64,000 bases of DNA from Longimicrobiales bacterium (GTDB lineage Bacteria; Gemmatimonadota; Gemmatimonadetes; Longimicrobiales; Gaopeijiaceae). The translations under genes and the position numbers were made by a program. The stretch covers positions 640,001 to 704,000 of the forward strand of contig OZ241869.1 in NCBI GenBank assembly GCA_965202805.1, given 5' to 3'. The notes beneath the pieces are model-generated. The model was not told the DNA's origin and did not search any database. It was given only the letters and a program-made list of their open reading frames with translations. Below are positions 38,401 through 47,382 of this stretch, piece after piece (within the stretch, counting starts at the first letter, position 1; each line of letters opens with the position of its first letter).

Positions 38401-40311
38401 ATGATGAGCCCTCTCTCGATCGCCAAGTACATTCCGCCCGGGTCGGTCGACTTCGACCTGGTGGTGTTCGACGAGGCGAGCCAGGTCCGGCCCGTCGAAG
38501 CCCTCGGGGCCATCATCCGGGGCAGACAGGCGGTCGTGGTGGGCGACAGCAAGCAGTTGCCCCCGACCAGCTTCTTCGACCGCATGGCCGACGGCGGGGA
38601 AGACGAAGCGAGCCGGACCGCCGACCTGGAGAGCATTCTGGGCATGTTCTGCGCCCAGGGGGCTCGAGAGAGGATGCTGCGCTGGCACTACCGCAGCCGC
38701 CACGAGTCGCTGATCACCGTGTCGAACCACGAGTTCTACGACAACCGCCTGGTGGTCTTCCCGAGTCCCGACGCCGGCAAGGTCGATACCGGGCTGCTCT
38801 TCCGCCACGATCCCGACGCCAACTACCAGCGCAGGGGCATCAACGCGGCCGAGGCGAAGACCATCGCCCGGGCCGTCATGAAGCACGCGCGCGAGACCCC
38901 CGAACTCACCCTGGGCGTCGCGGCCTTCAGCAACGTTCAGGCGCGCCGCATCGAGGACGAGGTCGACATCCTGCGCCGGCGCGATCCCTCGCACGAGGAG
39001 TTCTTCGCCGCCCATCCCGAGGAGCCGTTCTTCGTCAAGAACCTGGAGAACGTCCAGGGCGACGAGCGGGACGTGATCCTGATCAGCATCGGCTACGGCA
39101 AGATCGACGGCGCCTATCTCCCGATGAACTTCGGACCGCTCAACCGGGACGGCGGCGAGCGGCGCCTGAACGTGCTCATCACCCGGGCCCGCCGGCGGTG
39201 CATCGTCTACTGCAACTTCGTCGGCGCGGATCTGGACCTGAAGCGCTCCGGAGCCAGGGGCGTGCGGGCGCTCAAGACCTTCCTGGAGTACGCGCAGCAC
39301 GGGGTCATCGACATCCCCACCGCCAGCGGCAGCGAGGCCGACTCCCCGTTCGAGGAAGCGGTCGCCGCCAGACTGCGGGCCATGGGACACGATGTCGACC
39401 ACCAAGTGGGATCGGCCGGCTTCTTCGTCGATCTGGCGGTGGTGGACCCCGAGCGGCCCGGACGATACCTCCTGGGAATCGAATGCGACGGCGCCACCTA
39501 CCACAGCTCCCGCTCCGCCCGCGACCGGGACCGGCTGAGGCAGCAGGTGCTGGAGGGGCTGGGGTGGAGGATCCACCGCATCTGGAGCACCGACTGGTTC
39601 CGCAACCCGCACCAGGAACTCGAACGGGTCGCGGGCGCGGTCCGATCCGCGAAGATGAGCGGGGCGCCGCGGCCCGCGCCGAAGCCCTCGCCCGCAAAGC
39701 CCCTCGAACGAGCGCCCGAGCCCGAACCGGAGATTCCCGCTCCCACCGCTTCCTACCGGACGGCCCGGCCCGGTATCGGCTTCCTCACGACGCCGCTCCA
39801 CGAGGTCCCGCCCGGCCGGCTGGCGAGATGGATCGCCCAGGTGGTCCAGTTGGAGAGCCCGGTTCACTTCGAAGAGGTGATCCTCCGCATCCGCAAGGCC
39901 GCGCGCGTGGGCCGCGCCGGGTCCCGCATCCGAGCGCAGATGCGACTGGGTGCAACCGTGGGCGCGAGGCGCGGGCTCTTCATGATGGACGAGCGCGACT
40001 TCCTCTGGCGGCCCGGGCACGAAGCCGTCGAGGTACGGCGCCGGGACGGCGACCTTCCCTCGTCCCTGCGTGACCCCGCGCGGATCGCCCCCGAGGAAAT
40101 CGAGACCGCCCTGGTCCACGCCGTCCGCGTGAGCTACGGCATCAGGCCCGCCGACGCGGCAGCCGAGGCGATCCGCCTCTTCGGCTTCAGGAGATCCGGT
40201 CCAAAGATCGTCAGGCGCTTCCGGCAGGTACTGGACGACCTTGTGAAGCAGGGAACGATCCTGCGCGAAGGGTCGCTGTTGAGGGTGCCGGACGCCGCCG
40301 GGGGTGGATGA
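35443..40311 (+). CDS. DUF4011 + SF1 (Upf1-like) helicase + Vsr-like/PD-(D/E)xK nuclease + DUF3320 protein (Hhe-like defence protein)
   Basis: LDLSLRNPLLNF, EEQGVNILYLALGML, QGPPGTGKSQTITN, FDEASQ, GDSKQLPP, HYRS, VQGDERD, RRLNVLITRA, SPFEE...GIECDG...RDRDRLRQ...WSTDW. Confidence 0.88.
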   Translation: MTDLSSIRQELEKSRRDVLDLSLRNPLLNFRPSKRRGIEVVDERSRELFRILVGGPAPGGSSSRSPRVMYFLPGSPEAAPVATTEPAADDLDDIPAELLAMLGEPDEDPGGAAERHTDNKLQTALPRAALNLRLRATFRQARLSIEEQGVNILYLALGMLRWYESDSSGTERRAPLILIPVRLDRSSVRESFKLRWTGDDIEANLSLEVKLKQDFGVRLPEMPAEEDLDVEDYLARVEKAVARRERWAVEHDEVHLNFFSFSKLLIYKDLDAETWPEGGRPADHPLVQQLFGGEGFAPGPPDIGEDEHIDDADGVAGLHPVMDADSSQTLAVLDAIRGRNLVIQGPPGTGKSQTITNLIGEALAGGRTVLFVAEKMAALEVVKRRLDTIHLGDACLELHSHKTNKRAVLDELKRTLAAGRPRVEPGAADGVLLEEARDRLNDYARAVNSPVGRSGLTPHDLVGRLAQLKEDGLEVDGPGLPIRDSVSWSEEEFIRRRELAREFQELMRATGVPCRHVWWPCGRLHFVPTDEHGVRHVLEAASAALRRLGRETEELIGRLGRDRTFGELKPADVERMIRTARTALDAPALAGADHRSPGWVADAARIEEVADTARSFAGIRSRHDAVLIPEAWNESLLAERQALRAFGDKWWRFLSGPFRAARRRLAGLCRGEMPGTVREQIELVDAILEAGRLRRGVEEAGDLIGRLCPGLSLGDRPEKHRAFAEAAAWLVELHRDEAAGLVGGEVHDLLDRLHGRSGGPPSGHSSRPSSTGSRAPSSSGSLDPAELRTAADACVRAMEARADALDALADAVALRANRLEPGESWEERACGALDAWLRSALERIPSMHDVVRFNQLEERATEMGIPEVAGAAASRPDAARRLAGLFDHACYAAWLDAAFRDQEALARFDGATHGGLIDRFRELDMAQFHRNRAVIAERHWQQLPRQHGGGQLGILRREFQKKTRHLAVRRLMREAGRAIQSIKPVLMMSPLSIAKYIPPGSVDFDLVVFDEASQVRPVEALGAIIRGRQAVVVGDSKQLPPTSFFDRMADGGEDEASRTADLESILGMFCAQGARERMLRWHYRSRHESLITVSNHEFYDNRLVVFPSPDAGKVDTGLLFRHDPDANYQRRGINAAEAKTIARAVMKHARETPELTLGVAAFSNVQARRIEDEVDILRRRDPSHEEFFAAHPEEPFFVKNLENVQGDERDVILISIGYGKIDGAYLPMNFGPLNRDGGERRLNVLITRARRRCIVYCNFVGADLDLKRSGARGVRALKTFLEYAQHGVIDIPTASGSEADSPFEEAVAARLRAMGHDVDHQVGSAGFFVDLAVVDPERPGRYLLGIECDGATYHSSRSARDRDRLRQQVLEGLGWRIHRIWSTDWFRNPHQELERVAGAVRSAKMSGAPRPAPKPSPAKPLERAPEPEPEIPAPTASYRTARPGIGFLTTPLHEVPPGRLARWIAQVVQLESPVHFEEVILRIRKAARVGRAGSRIRAQMRLGATVGARRGLFMMDERDFLWRPGHEAVEVRRRDGDLPSSLRDPARIAPEEIETALVHAVRVSYGIRPADAAAEAIRLFGFRRSGPKIVRRFRQVLDDLVKQGTILREGSLLRVPDAAGGG

Positions 40312-40339
40312 ACTCCGCCGGTGCAATGGTCTCGTCTCC

Positions 40340-42427
40340 TCACAGATAGGGCCTGAGCCTGGGGCCCACGGAAACGATGACCTCGAACTTGCCGCCGGGC
40401 AGGCCCCACACGCCGTCGATCTGGACAATGTCGTGAAGCGTGCCGAGCCCCACACCAGCGAAGGCGCGCGCCCCGCCCGCGGGCTCGACGCCCCACTCCC
40501 GGACGAGCGAGCCGGGGGTGCCGCCGACCGCTCCGGCGCCGGCCAGCAGCCGCCCCGTCAGCCATCCCGGCACGAAGGCGAACCCCGCCTCGCCTGTCAT
40601 GAGGACGAAGCGGTGTCCCCCGAACGCCCGGAACCCGTGGCCCGGCAAGGTTCCGCGCCCACCGAGGAAGAACAGGAGCTGATGCGGCAGGGAGCCCCAG
40701 GAGGCGCCGGCATCCAGCTGCAGGTTTACGCGCCGTGAGAGATCCCGTGCGGCCGCGCTGGCGTCCAGGCGGGTCAGCAGGGTCAGGTTGCCGCCGCCCT
40801 TCCAGCGCCCAACGGTGGCCGCCGTCACCGCCTCGGCTCCCCGGGCGGGGAACCGGCCCCACCGGTAGCGCAGTTCGGCGCCGGTCCCGACAAAGGTGCC
40901 CTCGCCCACGGGATTGAGCGGACGCTGGTGTACCCCCGAGCCGAGCCCGTGCGACCAGACAGCGTCGGCTCCGCCGAGTTCCTCCACGCGGCCGCCGATG
41001 GCGATCGCGGCGCCGCCACCCAGCTGGTGCTCGACATTCAGGCGGAGACCGGTGGCGAAGTACGGGTCGGTGTGGTCGATTCCCCGCAGGAGAGTGGACA
41101 GGGTGTTCACGATCCCGGAGGCGCCCGCACGCGGGCCCGCATCGCGCAGCTGCCGGCGGAATAGTTCGAGTGCCGCCACGGTCGAACCGCCTTCGCTGCT
41201 CACCCGGCCGCGCACCATTCCGGACAGGGTCCCGGAGGCCGACTGGTAGCCCGCGAGGGCCTGAAGGCGGGTCCCGTAGCGCGGCGCAAACGAGGTCCCG
41301 AGTCCGAAATGTAGGCCCTCGGCGCGGTTGACCCGCAGGACCGACGAGAAGTCGTCCACATACAGCCGCACACGGGGCAGCCCGCTGCTCAGCTGAGCGC
41401 GGGCCTGACGCCGAACCTCCGCTTCGATCCGGGTCATGCTTGCCGGAGAGAGCCCCTCTTCAGCCATCCGGTCCATGAGGCCGGCACGAAACTCCGTCGA
41501 GTCGGCCTGGCCGTAGGGCACCAGGGTCACCCGGGGCCCGAGGAAGAACCCCGGATCCAGCAAGGGATCGAACTCGTAGTCCGTAACCTCCAGGATCGCC
41601 CGGATCACCGTACCCACCGGGAGGTCGAGCTGGGGGATCTCGCGCCGGACCTCGACCACCTGGCGGTAGGGGAGCCACTGGGGCTCCTCCCACCTGGTCT
41701 CCGTCCACCGGGCGTGCTCCAGTCGCACCGTTATGCGGTCGCTGCGGGGGTCCACATAGGATGCCGGCGTGAACGTGAACACCATTCGTACGAGCGCACC
41801 GGTCCGCGATTCGACGAATACGCTGCCGGTGAAGCCCGGGAGGCCCTCGTCGCGAGGCTGTACCTCGATTTCGTACACCGTGACCGGCCTGGGCAGCGTA
41901 GGCGCGCTGATCCGGATCGAATCGGTGATCCGAAAGCGGTAGGTATCCTCGCCCTGGCTCCCGAGCGGATGCGGCACGTCGCGCACGTCGCGGCCTTCGC
42001 CGATCGAAATGCGGTTCCCGAAACCGTTCTGGACCGCAGTGAGCCTGTCGATGTAGTACCGGAAGTCCTGTACCGGCAGGAATTCCTGGCGCCGCAGCGC
42101 GCGAATGTCCTGGCGGGTCCGGCCGTCGGCGCTCCTGTAGACGTCCACGGCGACCTGGTCGACGCGCATGGGCACGGGCTCGCCGCCGTCGTCGCGATCC
42201 AGGTAGAAATAGATGTGGCCCTCGGCGCGCGCCTTGTAGGCCACCGATGCGGTCCTCGACCGGGAGGTCTCGCGCAGCTCCCGCGCCTGGCGCACCAGCG
42301 AGAGGACCCTGGGACTATCGAATTCGGCGTCCTGCGCCAGCGCCGGCGCGCCACCGGCGGGCGCCATAAGAAGGGCCGCAATGTAGCGGAGGGATGCACC
42401 CTGACCGAAGGCACGGAGCACCGTCAC
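40340..42427 (-). CDS. Putative outer-membrane protein (DUF5686-like N-terminal region plus BamA-like barrel)
   Basis: Signal peptide ending PALAQ; RVNRAEGLHFG and LGGRGTLPGH barrel motifs. The upstream part of the listed ORF overlaps folE2 and is excluded. Confidence 0.7.
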   Translation of the reverse strand: MTVLRAFGQGASLRYIAALLMAPAGGAPALAQDAEFDSPRVLSLVRQARELRETSRSRTASVAYKARAEGHIYFYLDRDDGGEPVPMRVDQVAVDVYRSADGRTRQDIRALRRQEFLPVQDFRYYIDRLTAVQNGFGNRISIGEGRDVRDVPHPLGSQGEDTYRFRITDSIRISAPTLPRPVTVYEIEVQPRDEGLPGFTGSVFVESRTGALVRMVFTFTPASYVDPRSDRITVRLEHARWTETRWEEPQWLPYRQVVEVRREIPQLDLPVGTVIRAILEVTDYEFDPLLDPGFFLGPRVTLVPYGQADSTEFRAGLMDRMAEEGLSPASMTRIEAEVRRQARAQLSSGLPRVRLYVDDFSSVLRVNRAEGLHFGLGTSFAPRYGTRLQALAGYQSASGTLSGMVRGRVSSEGGSTVAALELFRRQLRDAGPRAGASGIVNTLSTLLRGIDHTDPYFATGLRLNVEHQLGGGAAIAIGGRVEELGGADAVWSHGLGSGVHQRPLNPVGEGTFVGTGAELRYRWGRFPARGAEAVTAATVGRWKGGGNLTLLTRLDASAAARDLSRRVNLQLDAGASWGSLPHQLLFFLGGRGTLPGHGFRAFGGHRFVLMTGEAGFAFVPGWLTGRLLAGAGAVGGTPGSLVREWGVEPAGGARAFAGVGLGTLHDIVQIDGVWGLPGGKFEVIVSVGPRLRPYL

Positions 42428-42438
42428 GTTCTGACGGC

Positions 42439-43230
42439 TCAGCGGCCCTCTTCTACCTGGGCGTATGCGTCGTGCTCGTGGATCGACTCGTAGTTGACCA
42501 CATGGACCCTGAACCAGGTGACCTTCGTGAGCGCCCGCAGCCGGAGCGTGACCTCGCGCACCAGGTCCTCCACGAAACGCGGGTTGTCGTAGGCCCGCTC
42601 GGTGACCCATTTCTCGTCCGACCGCTTGAGCACGGGGTAGAGGTCGCACGACGCCGATTCGTCGACCAGCTCCACGAGGTCCTCGATCCAGAGTTCGCCG
42701 TCGAAGCGCACCTCCACCGTCACGGTCCCGCGCTGATTGTGGGCGCCACGGGCGCTGATCTCGCGCGAGCACGGACAGAGCGTCGTCACAGGCACCTTCA
42801 CCGTCAGCACGAAGTCGTCCTCCGCTCCGCTGGAAGCGTCGAAGACGCAATCGTACGACAGCAGACCCCGGGCCCGGGTGATCGGCGCCCTCTTTTCCAT
42901 GAAGTACGGGAACGAGATGCGCAGGTGCGCGGTTGCCGCGTTCAGGCGCTTGCGCATGGTCCGCAGAATGACCGGCAGGGCCTCGACCGAGATCTCGCCG
43001 TCGTGGGAGTTCAGGATCTCCATGAAGCGGCTCATGTGGGTCCCCTTGAAGTGAGAGGGGAGATCCACGGACATGTCGACGGAACCCACGGTATGCTGCG
43101 CGGTCTTGCGCCGGTCCCGCACCGCGATGGGGAAACGGATGTTCTGAACGCCGACCTTGGCGATGGGAACCTCGCGCAGGTCGGGGTTCGCCTGCACGTC
43201 CGCAAGCGGCGTCTGGAGCGTCTGTGTCAT
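42439..43230 (-). CDS. folE2: GTP cyclohydrolase IB (FolE2)
   Basis: DVQ, KGTHMSRF, TTLCPCS, GAHNQR, LKRSDEK, AYDNPRFVED and ESIHEHDA motifs. Confidence 0.95.
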   Translation of the reverse strand: MTQTLQTPLADVQANPDLREVPIAKVGVQNIRFPIAVRDRRKTAQHTVGSVDMSVDLPSHFKGTHMSRFMEILNSHDGEISVEALPVILRTMRKRLNAATAHLRISFPYFMEKRAPITRARGLLSYDCVFDASSGAEDDFVLTVKVPVTTLCPCSREISARGAHNQRGTVTVEVRFDGELWIEDLVELVDESASCDLYPVLKRSDEKWVTERAYDNPRFVEDLVREVTLRLRALTKVTWFRVHVVNYESIHEHDAYAQVEEGR

Positions 43231-43598
43231 GTGCCTTCCGACCCGCCGGCGGGTTCCGGGCTGGCCACGCGTCGCCCGTCGATCTTTCGCATCTTCCGCT
43301 CCACGACCGTCGCGAGGTTGATTCCGCGGCTGTTCGCGAAGTTGATGAGCGCGATACACACGTCGGCGGCCTCGTCTTCGAAGGCCGCATCGTCGACGCG
43401 ACGGCCCTTCCACACCTTCTTTTCGAGGTTCGCCAGTTCGCCGGTTTCGCCAGCCAGTTCGAGGGCGAAGAAGCGGGGCGGGCGGAAGGGGAAAGCGGCT
43501 GCCTGATAGCGCCGAAACTCCGACTGCAGGGTTCGCAGCCCGCTGTAGCCGGAAGGCAGCATTCGGCTGGCTGCGTCCGGCGAGGCGTTGTCGGTCAT
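43227..43598 (-). CDS. MazG-like nucleoside triphosphate pyrophosphohydrolase
   Basis: LAGETGELAN...EDEAADV ExxE...ExxD metal motif; ATGA overlap with the folE2 start. Confidence 0.82.
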   Translation of the reverse strand: MTDNASPDAASRMLPSGYSGLRTLQSEFRRYQAAAFPFRPPRFFALELAGETGELANLEKKVWKGRRVDDAAFEDEAADVCIALINFANSRGINLATVVERKMRKIDGRRVASPEPAGGSEGT

Positions 43599-43706
43599 GT
43601 GAACTCGCATCCGGTCAAGTCGGGCGGCCGCTCCGCCCGTACCGTGAAAAAATGTCACAAACGTTGCATATTGTCGAACATGGACACTAACGACGGAGGC
43701 AAGGGG

Positions 43707-44267
43707 ATGACCGGGGGCGAGGAATCGGACGGTCCTGGGGGAGCGCCGGTGCGGATCGGCATTGTCGTCGTTTCGGATCGCGCATCCCGCGGGGAATACG
43801 AGGACCGGGGTGGCCCTGCGGTGCGGGCGTATCTGAGCGACGTGGTGACGACTCCGTGGCGCGGCGTCACGCGCATCATTCCCGACGAGGTGGACCTGGT
43901 GCGCGACACGCTGGTCGGGCTCGTGGACGACGAGGGGTGCTCGCTGGTGATCACGACGGGCGGGACCGGACCTGCGCCCCGGGACGTGACCCAGGAGGCG
44001 ACCGTCGCCGTCCTGGACAAGGAGCTTGAGGGCTTCGGCGAAGCCATGCGGGCCGTGTCGCTGGCGCATGTGCCGACCGCCATCCTGTCGCGCCAAACCG
44101 CCGGTGTGCGCGGGTCGGCGCTGATCATCAATCTGCCGGGCTCGCCCAAGGCCGTGCGCGAGTGTCTGGATGCCGTGTTCGCGGCGGTGCCGTACTGCGT
44201 GGACCTGATCGGCGGACCGTATCTGGAAACGGATCCGTCGCGGGTGGTAGCCTTCCGGCCACGCTAA
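43707..44267 (+). CDS. mog: Molybdopterin adenylyltransferase
   Basis: VSDRASRGEYEDRGG, TTGGTGPAPRDVT, AILSRQTAG, NLPGSPK, VPYCVDL. Confidence 0.93.
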   Translation: MTGGEESDGPGGAPVRIGIVVVSDRASRGEYEDRGGPAVRAYLSDVVTTPWRGVTRIIPDEVDLVRDTLVGLVDDEGCSLVITTGGTGPAPRDVTQEATVAVLDKELEGFGEAMRAVSLAHVPTAILSRQTAGVRGSALIINLPGSPKAVRECLDAVFAAVPYCVDLIGGPYLETDPSRVVAFRPR

Positions 44268-44389
44268 TGCGCCGCCGGCAGTGGCGCGCCGGCTTTCCCG
44301 TTCCGCTTCGCGGACCAGCGCGAGGCCCCGATCCGGGACCAGCCGCTTTGGCATAGGACGGGATCCTCGCCCCTTCGGGGAACCAGGAG

Positions 44390-44413
44390 ATGATAACGAG
44401 AATACAATATCAT
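44390..44413. promoter_or_regulatory. Candidate Fur/Zur-family box
   Basis: ATGATA-N12-TATCAT inverted repeat containing GATAACGAGAAT; AT-rich, ~60 bp upstream of a metal-binding gene. Confidence 0.4.
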
Positions 44414-44470
44414 TCAGACGCCTGCACTGTTGTCCCTGTACGCACGCAACCCCCCACCGGTTCCTTCACG

Positions 44471-45238
44471 ATGAGCTTCACCACACTCGATCGACCCCAG
44501 GTCCGCTCCCGTTTCGTCGGGTGGACGATCCCGTGCCTTCTGCTGTTCGTCGCATGCGGCGGTTCATCCTCCCCGGATCCTGGTCCCCCACTTGTCGAGG
44601 GCGAACGGCTGGGGACGGCCGGGGCCCACGAACACGGCATCGCCCGACTGGGCCTGGCCGTGGACGGCACCCGCCTCACCGTCGACCTGGAACTCCCGGC
44701 AGAATCGGTGTTCGGCTTCGAGCACGCCCCCCGCTCGGAGCAGGAGCGGGCCACCGTAGCGGAGGCCCTCGACAGACTCCGAACCGGTGGCGCGCGTCTC
44801 CTCGCCTTTCCGGAGGGGACGGCCTGTACGCTGGATTCGGCGGAGGTGCAGGGGCCCGAAGGTGCAGAAGACGACCATGCCGGCGAGGACGAGGACGCTC
44901 ACGAGGAAGAGCACGCTCACGACGAAGACCATGCTCACGAGGAGGAGCATGCTGACGAGGACGAGCATGCCCACGAGGAGGAGCACGCTCACGAGGAAGA
45001 GCATGCTGACGAGGACGAGCATGCTCATGAGGACGAGCACGCTCATGAGGACGAGGGCACCGTCCACCAGGACGTGCACCTCCTCGCCTCCCTCACCTGT
45101 TCCCGTGAGCCCATCGGACCGGCGAGCCTGCGGTTCGCGGATCTCCTGCCCGACGTGGCGCAGGTGGACCTGACGGTGTTCACCGCGCTGGGGGAGGCGG
45201 CCGGCCGCGTCGCGCCCGACGCCTCGTTCCGGTTCTGA
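44471..45238 (+). CDS. DUF2796/ZrgA-like zinc-binding lipoprotein with His/Glu-rich tract
   Basis: Lipobox FVAC; GAHEHG...GFEHAPRS motif; His-acidic repeat between two Cys. Confidence 0.82.
   Translation: MSFTTLDRPQVRSRFVGWTIPCLLLFVACGGSSSPDPGPPLVEGERLGTAGAHEHGIARLGLAVDGTRLTVDLELPAESVFGFEHAPRSEQERATVAEALDRLRTGGARLLAFPEGTACTLDSAEVQGPEGAEDDHAGEDEDAHEEEHAHDEDHAHEEEHADEDEHAHEEEHAHEEEHADEDEHAHEDEHAHEDEGTVHQDVHLLASLTCSREPIGPASLRFADLLPDVAQVDLTVFTALGEAAGRVAPDASFRF
44873..45052 (+). repeat. 10 x 18-bp coding tandem repeat (EHAHEE-like hexapeptides)
   Basis: GAGGAGGAGCACGCTCAC variants in tandem, in frame. Confidence 0.92.
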
Positions 45239-45242
45239 GCGA

Positions 45243-46538
45243 ATGTCGAACATCGATCCCGCGAACAGCCACCGGACGCCAACCTGCTCGCGCGGCGAAT
45301 CGCGCACCTGCCTCCCTCGGCCCGCACCCTGCCGCGGGGATCGGGCCCTTTCGCGGCTCGCGTCCAGCGGGCCGTTCCTGACGTCTCTGGCCCTCGCCCT
45401 CACTGCCGCCTGCGCCGCACCCGCGGAGGACGCCGCGAGCGCCGCCGCTGCCGGCAGCTCGGCCGCCTCTACGGCTCAGCCCATCGAGGCCGACCACTTC
45501 GTCCCCTCGACTCCCGAGAACCTGGCCTGGGGATGGTTCCCCATCGACAAGGAGCCGGTGCTCCGGATGCAGTCCGGGGAGACCGTTCGCGTGAACACGC
45601 TGACCTCCGCGGGAGCCGGTCAGGATGAAGAACCGGTCGCCTTCCTCACCGGGCTGGGCATCGCGCGGGAGGAGATCCACCAGGACGTGCTCGACTTCTG
45701 GGCATCGCGCGACGGACGGCGCCGGGACCGGCAGGGCAGCCACGTCATCACCGGCCCCATCCATGTCGAGGGCGCGGAGCCCGGGGATGTGCTGGAGATC
45801 GAGATTCTCTCCGTCGAGACGCGGGCGAACTGGGGCATCAACAGCACGGGCGCGCGCAGCGGCGTGTTCTCGACCTCGTATCCCGGCTTCCGGGAGGGCG
45901 ATCCGGCGCTGGACATCCCGCCGGGGAGCGGCCGCCACGTGATCCACTCGGGCGTGGTGGACGGCGTGGAGGTCGCGTTCCTCGCCGACGACATCCACGT
46001 GCCCCTCGAGCCGTTCATGGGCATCCTGGCCGTGGCGCCCGATCCCGTGGTGGGCCAGCCCGGCGTGAGCGAGCCCGGCGTCCAGGGGTCGACGCCGCCC
46101 GGAGCCTTCGGGGGCAACCTGGACGTGAAACACCTGAAGGCAGGCACCACCGTCTACCTGCCCGTGTTCCACCCCGGGGGCCTCTTCTACGTGGGCGACC
46201 CGCACGGCGCGCAGGGCGACGGGGAAGTGAGCGGCACGGCCATCGAGCAGTCGCTCACGGGCACCTTCCGCCTCTCGGTGCGCAAGGACCGGTCCATCGA
46301 GTGGCCGATGGCCGAGAACGACGAGCACTACATCCTGATGGGCATCGACGTGGACCTGGACCGCGCCACGCGCCACGCCGTCCGGGCGGTCGTCGACTTC
46401 CTGGTCGAGGAGAAGGGGCTCACGCCGGCGAAGGCGCTCTCGCTCGCGAGCATCGCCGTGGACTTCCGTATCAACGAGGTGGTGGACATCACGCAGGTCG
46501 TCTCGGGGTTCATCCCCAAGAGCGTTTTTCTGCGGTAG
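45243..46538 (+). CDS. Acetamidase/formamidase family protein (lipoprotein-like N-terminus)
   Basis: HVITGPIHVEGAEPGD, GGNLD, GDPHGAQGDGEVSGTAIE. Confidence 0.88.
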   Translation: MSNIDPANSHRTPTCSRGESRTCLPRPAPCRGDRALSRLASSGPFLTSLALALTAACAAPAEDAASAAAAGSSAASTAQPIEADHFVPSTPENLAWGWFPIDKEPVLRMQSGETVRVNTLTSAGAGQDEEPVAFLTGLGIAREEIHQDVLDFWASRDGRRRDRQGSHVITGPIHVEGAEPGDVLEIEILSVETRANWGINSTGARSGVFSTSYPGFREGDPALDIPPGSGRHVIHSGVVDGVEVAFLADDIHVPLEPFMGILAVAPDPVVGQPGVSEPGVQGSTPPGAFGGNLDVKHLKAGTTVYLPVFHPGGLFYVGDPHGAQGDGEVSGTAIEQSLTGTFRLSVRKDRSIEWPMAENDEHYILMGIDVDLDRATRHAVRAVVDFLVEEKGLTPAKALSLASIAVDFRINEVVDITQVVSGFIPKSVFLR

Positions 46539-46577
46539 GGGGTTGGCGTGCGAGCCTGGCCGCCGCTGTAGATCAGT

Positions 46578-46796
46578 CTAAGACGCGGCAGGCACCTCCA
46601 CCAACCTGACCGACGTCTGCGGCTCGGGAATGGGATCCCCGTGCTCTCGCATCGCGTCCAGATGGATTGCGACTGCCTCGCGAATCAGCTTCTCGGTTTC
46701 CCCCTGAGAGTCCCCGGCCGCAACGCACCCGGGCAGGTCCGGAACGTAGGCTGAGTAGCCGTTGAGGGTTCGCTCAATGACGATTGCGTATGTCAT
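46578..46796 (-). CDS. hicB: HicB-family antitoxin (short form)
   Basis: YSAYVPDLPGCVAAGDS...IREAVAIHL...GDPIPEP. Confidence 0.9.
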   Translation of the reverse strand: MTYAIVIERTLNGYSAYVPDLPGCVAAGDSQGETEKLIREAVAIHLDAMREHGDPIPEPQTSVRLVEVPAAS

Positions 46797-46995
46797 GGTG
46801 CTTCTCCTTATCGAGTCCGGCCTGCCGAAGAATACTCTTCCAGGTTCCAGGGGCCAAGTCCTTGCTCATTCTGCCTGCGATCGTGACAGCTCCGGGCTTG
46901 ATCGGGTGCCAGTATTGACGGTGGCTTCCACGCGTTCTCACAAGAAACCAGCCGTCGGCTGTAACAAGGCGTATCGCATCTCTCACCTTGGGCAT
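46774..46995 (-). CDS. hicA: HicA-family toxin
   Basis: DGWFLVRTRGSHRQYWHP..PG.VT....KDLAPGT..SILRQAGL. Confidence 0.9.
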   Translation of the reverse strand: MPKVRDAIRLVTADGWFLVRTRGSHRQYWHPIKPGAVTIAGRMSKDLAPGTWKSILRQAGLDKEKHHDIRNRH

Positions 46996-47202
46996 GGTTC
47001 TCGGATCTCCGGCCTGAAAGGGGGAAGCCGGTCAGGATCGCGGGCGACCGGTCGGGCTCCATCTGGCGGGTGCCGGAAAGGATGGCTCCAGAGGTGGGGC
47101 GAATGAATGGCAGGATGGGACTACAGGACGCGGAGCGTAGCGCGCCTCCGCAGGACGGGCGCAAGCGGTGGTTGCGAGCACCGCCAGATGCACAACTCAG
47201 GG

Positions 47203-47279
47203 GCCATGGTATTTCACGCGAAGCCAAACGCTTAACCCATGGGATGACGATGCATCGCGCCATGGGATGACGATGCATC
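47203..47279 (+). repeat. 50-bp element (inverted copy at 50447..50496) with a local 20-bp tandem duplication
   Basis: 47203..47252 matches the reverse complement of 50447..50496 at 41/50. CCATGGGATGACGATGCATC occurs at 47237 and 47260. Confidence 0.8.
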
Positions 47280-47382
47280 TGGTGCACAACGTCGCAGGTC
47301 GTGACGACCGGCGGCCCAGGGCTGGAAACCTTCGGGTCGACGGAACGTAAGCGAGCGCGGGCACGCGAGACCGGCAACCAAT

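Noticed and set aside
35200..40455. 844-aa and 797-aa minus-strand ORFs
   Set aside because: Antisense shadows of the well-supported helicase gene, as expected in GC-rich DNA.
42428..43390. N-terminal third of the 1016-aa ORF (40340..43390)
   Set aside because: It overlaps folE2 in another frame; the real protein starts near the signal peptide at ~42427.
46774..46810. HicA C-terminal extension into hicB as a pseudogene signal
   Set aside because: The core HicA motifs are intact and a 23-nt overlap is not enough to call inactivation.
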